The notes beneath the pieces are model-generated. The model was not told the DNA's origin. It saw only the letters and a list, made by a program, of their open reading frames with translations, and made no database searches. A stretch of DNA of 64,000 nt from Escherichia phage Lw1: sequence record KC801932. One strand, 5' to 3'. Positions 58,151 through 64,000 of this stretch are shown here, in pieces. The position numbers and the translations under genes are program-made. Every line of letters begins with the position of its first letter. Position 1 is the stretch's first letter.

Positions 58151-58633
58151 ATGATGTACTGGACAAAAGATTATTTTGAATTTCGTGATGAAGAAAGTTT
58201 TGGGACGGTGTACCGCAACTTAGCTTTGCGTGGTAGTCCTCTGTCGCCTAATCAACTATCATCTGTCGTGTTTCCAATCAAGGTAACGCACTGTGATCGG
58301 AAAGGTGTCAATGGGATCGTTGATGCCAATGGCACAACCTGGTATTCCGAAGATTCATATCTGTTTGACAACGAGGATCGCGGATTCTTTAAAAAGTTTG
58401 TCGCGCTTAAACCTGCTGTTGAAAAAGCAGACGCACAACAACTGCTGGACTGTTCGCATCTTCTGGGACGAATCTACGTAGATGGTAAACTGGTGACGAA
58501 ACCTGGTGATCTGGAAAAATTCTTGCGTAAGGCGCGGGAAACTACCCTGAAAGACACCGAAAAACGACACGTCACAGCAACCGCCGATCTACAGCGTTTA
58601 TCTGGTGAACTGAAAGTTCTGTGGGGTGAATGA
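58151..58633 (+). CDS. hypothetical protein (160 aa)
   Basis: ORF track. Confidence 0.5.
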   Translation: MMYWTKDYFEFRDEESFGTVYRNLALRGSPLSPNQLSSVVFPIKVTHCDRKGVNGIVDANGTTWYSEDSYLFDNEDRGFFKKFVALKPAVEKADAQQLLDCSHLLGRIYVDGKLVTKPGDLEKFLRKARETTLKDTEKRHVTATADLQRLSGELKVLWGE

Positions 58634-59133
58634 TGTTCGAGAAAATCCTTGATACTCTGTTTCCCTCCCGTGTACGCGCACGGGTAGAGCGAGAAAACCG
58701 ACTCGAAGAAATCCGTTTTAACAAGTTCCTTGAGGACAAGAAGAAGCGCGAAGACGAGAAACACCCAAACGCGGTAATGGCTGAGGGTGTATCGAAATGT
58801 TCTGTCGGGCGGTTCTGGGTTGAAAAGGATTATCTTGATCTGATAGGTGCAATTGCACCTGGTGTTACGCTGGAGGACTTATCCCGTGCAACAGGACGTT
58901 CGTATACAGGATGTATAAATCGTCTCCGTATGTTGTCTATAGTGGTGCGTGGTGCGCATTTTGGCTATCGTGACGTTATCCTTCCGGTGATCCCAGTAAG
59001 CAGATTAAAAATTCACCTTGCAAACGGAAAAAGAATTGACTTAACCGAAGAACTATGTAGAATAGGCTATATCAGAGAGGGGAAATTCGTGAAAGCCCCT
59101 GAATGGTTCATCAAACAATTTGAAATCAAATAA
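58630..59133 (+). CDS. hypothetical protein (167 aa)
   Basis: ORF track, ATGA coupling. Confidence 0.5.
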   Translation: MMFEKILDTLFPSRVRARVERENRLEEIRFNKFLEDKKKREDEKHPNAVMAEGVSKCSVGRFWVEKDYLDLIGAIAPGVTLEDLSRATGRSYTGCINRLRMLSIVVRGAHFGYRDVILPVIPVSRLKIHLANGKRIDLTEELCRIGYIREGKFVKAPEWFIKQFEIK

Positions 59134-59142
59134 GGTAATATT

Positions 59143-59739
59143 ATGTTTAAGAAACTGATGTCTTTCATTAACAATAAAGCAGAAACCGCCATCGAAAAGA
59201 ACACTTCCCCAGAAGACGCATGGCGTAGTGCTGGACGTATTCTGATCAAAGAGATCGACCGTCTGCGACATACTCGCATTACCGCTGCACACGAAATCAA
59301 GAAGCTGGAGAAGAAGGTCGCGGAACATAAAGCGCACCATGAGAACAAAGAAGCAGAAATCAAAAAACTGCTGGCGGCTAATCAGGAAGTTTCGAACAGC
59401 CATTACATCCTGGCGCTGCAACATCGCAATATCTGGCAAGGGTTGCAGGACAAGATTGAAGATCTTCGCAGCATGAATGTTCAGATCGACCTTTCGGTTG
59501 TCGAACTGGATAAGAAAATGGCTGAGGTTAAAATCAACCTTGACATTATCGAACTGAACAAAGAAACCGAAAACATGGGCCTGACAATACCGGAAGATGT
59601 GATCGCCAGCGTGGGACATACCACTGTGAACGTCGATACAATCGTAACGAAAATTGATGTGTTGCTGGGTGGCAAGAACGCCGCTTCCGTAACCTCTGCC
59701 GATGTCAGCGCGTATATCGATGCCCTAAAAGCAAACTAA
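59143..59739 (+). CDS. PspA/IM30-like coiled-coil protein
   Basis: N-terminal amphipathic helix (MFKKLMSFINNKAETAIEKNTSPED) and long heptad-rich coiled-coil like PspA family. Confidence 0.5.
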   Translation: MFKKLMSFINNKAETAIEKNTSPEDAWRSAGRILIKEIDRLRHTRITAAHEIKKLEKKVAEHKAHHENKEAEIKKLLAANQEVSNSHYILALQHRNIWQGLQDKIEDLRSMNVQIDLSVVELDKKMAEVKINLDIIELNKETENMGLTIPEDVIASVGHTTVNVDTIVTKIDVLLGGKNAASVTSADVSAYIDALKAN

Positions 59740-59744
59740 GAGGA

Positions 59745-59766
59745 AGGGGCGAAAGCCCCTTTTTTC
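59745..59766 (+). terminator. rho-independent terminator
   Basis: aggggc gaaa gcccct + tttttt. Confidence 0.75.
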
Positions 59767-59769
59767 ATT

Positions 59770-60657
59770 ATGTATAGTATTGAGAAAGATTATGGCGGTG
59801 GTTGCTGGGTAGTAGATCATGTTACTCTTGTAAAAGAAAAACTTCCTGATAACTGGGAATTTTTATCTACATCCACGAAAAATCGTATTGCTGATACTGT
59901 TTACCGTACAGCAATGGAACGACATAAAAATGATATTCATCGACGAAAAGCACAGATGTTGAAATCTCGTAATATCGATGTTAGTCATTTGGATATAATA
60001 GGAACTCAACCGATGACGCTTTCAAGCATCACCAACGCTTACGTGAATGGCGAAACCCGCGAGGAAGAAAAAATGATGTGGGAACCTGGATTATCAGAAC
60101 CGGATAATGGATATAAAAAGCAAATGCAATCTCTTGATTTTAATGAGAAAATCAATAATTTGCTTAATTATTGCGCATCGAGCGTTTCGTCGTGGGAATA
60201 TCATGGCCCGATTGATATAGCAGGTTTTACTGCTCGTGGTGTTGAGGTTTTTAACTTCGAAAAACTGATGAATGGTATCATGTCTTCTGACTATATCGTT
60301 TCTGTGAATGTCCCTGTTGTTGCGACATCCCGTTTTTCATCTCCTTGTAACGTTGTTACGGATAAACTTAATATTGTTGCTGTCGATAATAGCGATGTTA
60401 ATATTAGCGATGGTGATAGAATCGGAAGCATCCTGGTTGCCCTAGAACTGACTTGCGAAGACGGCTATACTTGTAGTATGTTTGTTGTTTCTTGTGTTGA
60501 TGATGCCGTGAACTCAGTGTTTACTAATTTCAGCAAGAAATTAAATGCTCTGCATATTGAAAAATTTATACACAAATGTAAAAAGAACGTGATGGGGAAT
60601 TATGATCCGTCATTAACATACACGAAAATTGATGAAAACATGGTGGACTTATGCTGA
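59770..60657 (+). CDS. hypothetical protein (295 aa)
   Basis: ORF track. Confidence 0.5.
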   Translation: MYSIEKDYGGGCWVVDHVTLVKEKLPDNWEFLSTSTKNRIADTVYRTAMERHKNDIHRRKAQMLKSRNIDVSHLDIIGTQPMTLSSITNAYVNGETREEEKMMWEPGLSEPDNGYKKQMQSLDFNEKINNLLNYCASSVSSWEYHGPIDIAGFTARGVEVFNFEKLMNGIMSSDYIVSVNVPVVATSRFSSPCNVVTDKLNIVAVDNSDVNISDGDRIGSILVALELTCEDGYTCSMFVVSCVDDAVNSVFTNFSKKLNALHIEKFIHKCKKNVMGNYDPSLTYTKIDENMVDLC

Positions 60658-60941
60658 TTAATACGGCGCAATGTAAAGCCCTGAACTTTCTGATTCATGA
60701 ACTGGTTGAATACGATATTCCTTTTGAGTTCGTCGATCCGATAAACTCAGAATACAACTATACGTTTTTCTGGTCGTCTGGTGATGACAGTATCGACGCG
60801 GTGGATAAAATCGTTAGAAGTGCTCTACGTAATAATAGCATGGTGATGATCGGAAGCGTAAACGCTAACACCTGGAACGGTGCTGATGCGTATTTCATCG
60901 GCTATCGGACTATGTTTGATACGGTAGTAGAAATATGTTGA
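60651..60941 (+). CDS. hypothetical protein (96 aa)
   Basis: ORF track. Confidence 0.45.
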   Translation: MLINTAQCKALNFLIHELVEYDIPFEFVDPINSEYNYTFFWSSGDDSIDAVDKIVRSALRNNSMVMIGSVNANTWNGADAYFIGYRTMFDTVVEIC

Positions 60942-60966
60942 CAGCGGATTCATGAACGCGTACTAT
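60938..60966 (+). promoter_or_regulatory. sigma70-type promoter (TTGACA - 17 nt - TACTAT) followed by hairpin gcccctgtag...ctataggggc
   Basis: Upstream of ORF 61001. Confidence 0.4.
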
Positions 60967-61000
60967 GCCCCTGTAGACAACAAACTATAGGGGCTAAATC

Positions 61001-61237
61001 ATGAAAATCAAAAATACTGCTACTGAAAATCTTTGCAACGAAATCGCGGTGACTTACTGGAAAGAAGGTCACGCAAAAGCAATGAAGGATTTTCAACACT
61101 GGAAAGAAGGTCACGCAAAAGCAATGAAGGATTTTCAACCGTGGTGTGATACCCAGAAGTTAGCCAAATGGGAATACATCGTAATCGTGGAACGGATCAA
61201 AGAACTGATCCTTGAGAAGAAAGGCACTATAAAATGA
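61001..61237 (+). CDS. hypothetical protein (78 aa) containing in-frame 14-aa duplication
   Basis: ORF track; WKEGHAKAMKDFQ repeated. Confidence 0.45.
   Translation: MKIKNTATENLCNEIAVTYWKEGHAKAMKDFQHWKEGHAKAMKDFQPWCDTQKLAKWEYIVIVERIKELILEKKGTIK
61057..61140 (+). repeat. perfect-to-near-perfect tandem duplication, 2 x 42 bp
   Basis: ctggaaagaaggtcacgcaaaagcaatgaaggattttcaac repeated head-to-tail, one mismatch at unit end. Confidence 0.9.
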
Positions 61238-61295
61238 TTCAACTGAAATTAGACACCTATACGCTGAACAATCTGTTCCCAGAGGCAAAAGGCTG

Positions 61296-61787
61296 ATGAA
61301 CTTTGACCGCATCTACAACATGGATGTGGTCAACGGTAAAGGAATCCGTGTAGTGTTGTTTGTCACTGGCTGCAATCATAAATGCGAAGGTTGCTACAAC
61401 AAATCAACATGGAATCCCCGCAACGGTACACCATACACCGAAGAGACTGAAAACGAGTTGATTAAACTCCTTTCAAATCCTTATGTGGACGGATTGACGC
61501 TTACAGGTGGCGATCCGTTTTACCGCACCAATCATCCAACACTGTTAAACCTGCTCCAGCGCGTTCGTGCTGAGTTGCCGGATAAGAACGTATGGGTTTG
61601 GACAGGCTACACACTGGACGCCTTACAAAGCGATACAGAACGTTCTAAGCTACTTCCGTTTATTGATGTTCTTATCGACGGGAAGTATGAAAAAGATTTG
61701 CCGACTAAGAAACCGTTTCGCGGTTCTGATAATCAGCGATTGATTGAGTTTCAGAAAGATTCAATAGAAATTAAAAATATCGCTTGA
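61296..61787 (+). CDS. nrdG: anaerobic ribonucleotide reductase activating protein NrdG (radical SAM)
   Basis: CNHKCEGC cluster (CxxxCxxC), GGDPF motif. Confidence 0.9.
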   Translation: MNFDRIYNMDVVNGKGIRVVLFVTGCNHKCEGCYNKSTWNPRNGTPYTEETENELIKLLSNPYVDGLTLTGGDPFYRTNHPTLLNLLQRVRAELPDKNVWVWTGYTLDALQSDTERSKLLPFIDVLIDGKYEKDLPTKKPFRGSDNQRLIEFQKDSIEIKNIA

Positions 61788-61853
61788 CCTGGTTGGTGAT
61801 TCTGATAAGATGTAGCACGTAACGAAACATAAACTTTAATTGAGAGAAACATT

Positions 61854-62801
61854 ATGATCCTGAATTTCAAAACCCGTAATGAAGCCCGTAAGTATTGCTG
61901 GAAGTGGAACATTCCGCCGAAAAACATCAAAAAGCATAACGATGGTTCAAACCATCCGTGGCGCGTAACAACCGAAGAAACCATGTTCAAAGTAGGACGT
62001 GATTATAAACTGGTTGATGTTGAAGGTTTTACCGAAGGTGGTAAAAATCGCGCAAATAAAGTACAGGCAGAACAAATCAATGCTCATTTGAATGGCGTGA
62101 TCTCCCTGGTAAGCAAAGACGGCGACAAGTTCCGTTTTAAATCTCCGGCTAACGTAGCAATGGACGTTGTGCGTCCGTGGGAAGCGCGTTTCTTCAAAGA
62201 AGTTGCATCAGTTGTCAACGCAAAGCCGAAGAAAGCCGCTGCTGCTAAAAGACCAACGAAAGTAACACCAGTGAAGCCTGAAATCAAACCTGCTCCGGTT
62301 GAAGATCTGGACGCGGTGCTTGATGGTGGTGTTAACCTCGCTCCGGTTGAAGAAAAAACGTTTAGCGAAGCATGGCCTGGTATTTTTGTAACCAATACAC
62401 CTTACGTTCTGGTTGACGAAGATGGTTTCATTGCTGCACATCACGGCGATGCAAATAAAATCATTGTCGATTACATGAAATCGAACAATAATGTTCTCGT
62501 GTTCGACTTTTTTGACCAAGACGGTGACGCTATTATAAAAACCAACGGGCAACGTCTACCGTATGTTATGAAACGTGAGCGTAAATTCTTCCGCGAACTG
62601 GGTACTGGTAAAGCTCCAGAAACTCCAGCAGTACAGGCGGTTGATATCGAAGCTCAGAAACGTGATCAAGAAATCATCGCTGCTGCTCAGAAAGTAGAAG
62701 ACGCACTGGCAGAACACCAGAAAGCAATCGAAATCGTACAGAAAGCCGCTCGCGCTGTTCGCGAAGCTGCACAAGAACTTGCGCTCCTGGCACGTAAGTA
62801 A
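61854..62801 (+). CDS. hypothetical protein (315 aa) with Ala/Lys/Pro-rich linker
   Basis: ORF track; terminator follows. Confidence 0.55.
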   Translation: MILNFKTRNEARKYCWKWNIPPKNIKKHNDGSNHPWRVTTEETMFKVGRDYKLVDVEGFTEGGKNRANKVQAEQINAHLNGVISLVSKDGDKFRFKSPANVAMDVVRPWEARFFKEVASVVNAKPKKAAAAKRPTKVTPVKPEIKPAPVEDLDAVLDGGVNLAPVEEKTFSEAWPGIFVTNTPYVLVDEDGFIAAHHGDANKIIVDYMKSNNNVLVFDFFDQDGDAIIKTNGQRLPYVMKRERKFFRELGTGKAPETPAVQAVDIEAQKRDQEIIAAAQKVEDALAEHQKAIEIVQKAARAVREAAQELALLARK

Positions 62802-62809
62802 TACAATTT

Positions 62810-62837
62810 GGGGATGCTGAAAAGCATCCCCTTTTTA
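62810..62837 (+). terminator. rho-independent terminator
   Basis: ggggatgc tgaaaa gcatcccc + ttttt. Confidence 0.75.
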
Positions 62838-62850
62838 TTTGAGGTATATT

Positions 62851-63567
62851 ATGGAATTGTTAGCTGGAAAAACTTACGGGTTGACCGTATCCCCAGAAGT
62901 GTTTGCTGAAAAGACCTGGAAAACTGGTATCGCTGGAATCCTTCGTGATAAAGGTTATATTACTGTTGACAGAACTTCTATTGGTGAATTTGAAGACCGC
63001 GCATTTATTGTCGATGGTGGATATGAATACGAAATTCCATCTTCTGAATGGAAATGGTTTAAAGAAGTAACCCCGCAAGATGGTGAATTCGTGGAACCTA
63101 CACAGGAAGTTCAGTCTGATACGCGAGAAATGGATGGTTTCGTTGCTCAGAATATAGAAAAACTGGACATCCCTTCTTTTACGTTTCAGGATTCAGACGG
63201 TTTTAAAACGATGCCACTCGCACCGTACAACCCGATTAAAAATCTGGACATCCACACCACTTTCGGAAAAGAACTGGAAGAGATCCGCATCGTTCCTGAT
63301 CCCTGCAACAAATCTGGACTGCATTTGCGTTTCGCGTTGCAACATCTTTTCAATGGTGGTAGCATCTATCAAATCGATATGGAAAGCTCGCTGAAAACTC
63401 AGGAAGAAGAGATCGAAAAACTTTTCAATCTTCATGCCCGATTAGAAGCAGTTGAACACATCGAAAAACTGTTAGGCAAAGAGAAAGCGCGAATTGTGCA
63501 AGAACTCGCGCCATACGGAAAGAAAGATGAAAGTAGAAATTTACGGAATTCCCGAAAACGTTCATAA
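62851..63567 (+). CDS. hypothetical protein (238 aa)
   Basis: ATG 62851 with GAGG SD; 3' end overlaps next gene by ~40 nt. Confidence 0.5.
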   Translation: MELLAGKTYGLTVSPEVFAEKTWKTGIAGILRDKGYITVDRTSIGEFEDRAFIVDGGYEYEIPSSEWKWFKEVTPQDGEFVEPTQEVQSDTREMDGFVAQNIEKLDIPSFTFQDSDGFKTMPLAPYNPIKNLDIHTTFGKELEEIRIVPDPCNKSGLHLRFALQHLFNGGSIYQIDMESSLKTQEEEIEKLFNLHARLEAVEHIEKLLGKEKARIVQELAPYGKKDESRNLRNSRKRS

Positions 63568-63805
63568 GTGTTATGGATGTATAGAGGCGCAAAAGTTACT
63601 TAAAGAAAAGGGAATTGAATACGTATTCTACCCTGTTCTGAAAGAAGCAAAGAATGACCTGGGCTTTGAGTACGATCGTCCACGAATTCAGGAATTAGCA
63701 AAGAGGGCGCGACAACGTAGTTTAGCGTTCCAGTACCCTCGAATTTTTGTCGATGAAAAACTCATTGGCGGTTATCTGCAATTGAAACAACTTATTGGTG
63801 ATTAA
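63527..63805 (+). CDS. glutaredoxin-like protein (NrdH-like)
   Basis: MKVEIYGIP...CYGC active-site-like motif ... IFVDEKLIGGY; start set at ATG 63527. Confidence 0.65.
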   Translation: MKVEIYGIPENVHKCYGCIEAQKLLKEKGIEYVFYPVLKEAKNDLGFEYDRPRIQELAKRARQRSLAFQYPRIFVDEKLIGGYLQLKQLIGD

Positions 63806-64000
63806 ATGAGCCGTGAAATTTTACTCCCTGCTGCAAACGCGATCCACGCTGAAACGATGGAATACATGGAAAATTTTGTTGAACGTGATAACACCGCGAT
63901 CATCACTCCTATTCACTTGGACGCGCTTGAAGATAGTCTTCATAAGCAGATTAAAAATCAATTCCCTGAAAAAGTTAGTCGCAATTTTGTTCGTCAGGAA
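63806..64000 (+). CDS. hypothetical protein, N-terminal fragment (runs off window end)
   Basis: ATG directly after upstream stop; open to window edge. Confidence 0.4.
   Translation, partial: MSREILLPAANAIHAETMEYMENFVERDNTAIITPIHLDALEDSLHKQIKNQFPEKVSRNFVRQE

Overview
The window reads as a contiguous segment of a T4-like (Tevenvirinae-type) myovirus genome. Gene calls rest on the supplied six-frame translations, on protein similarity to phage T4 recalled from memory, and on motifs read directly from the sequence; no database search was run. Positions 1-4661 hold minus-strand genes (NUDIX hydrolase, an Acb1-like 2H phosphoesterase at the 57B position, 57A, gene 1 dNMP kinase, gp3). Positions 5752-39635 hold the late morphogenesis block in T4 order (gp2 and gp4 on minus; then gp53, gp5, gp6-gp12, fibritin, gp13-gp24 on plus). 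Positions 39905-42757 hold uvsY, uvsW.1 and uvsW. Positions 42830-64000 are an accessory/nucleotide-metabolism region (HAD hydrolases, RNA ligase 2, NAMPT, Dam, nrdC, endonuclease VII, nrdD, nrdG, glutaredoxin-like protein) mixed with many hypotheticals. No tRNA, rRNA or CRISPR array was found. The most interesting signals are: (1) two ~140-bp near-identical repeats at 4699-4860 and 39685-39849, each followed by a promoter, cargo genes and the same 28-nt terminator hairpin, suggesting a duplicated regulatory/recombination cassette framework; (2) a capsid-targeting-sequence internal protein inserted between gp3 and gp2; (3) a 690-aa ORF between gp5 and gp6; (4) a fibritin ending in three Ig-like repeats; (5) counter-defence-type genes (Acb1-like, NAMPT, an Arr-like mini ADP-ribosyltransferase candidate, a second CTS-bearing protein with a nucleotide-binding loop).
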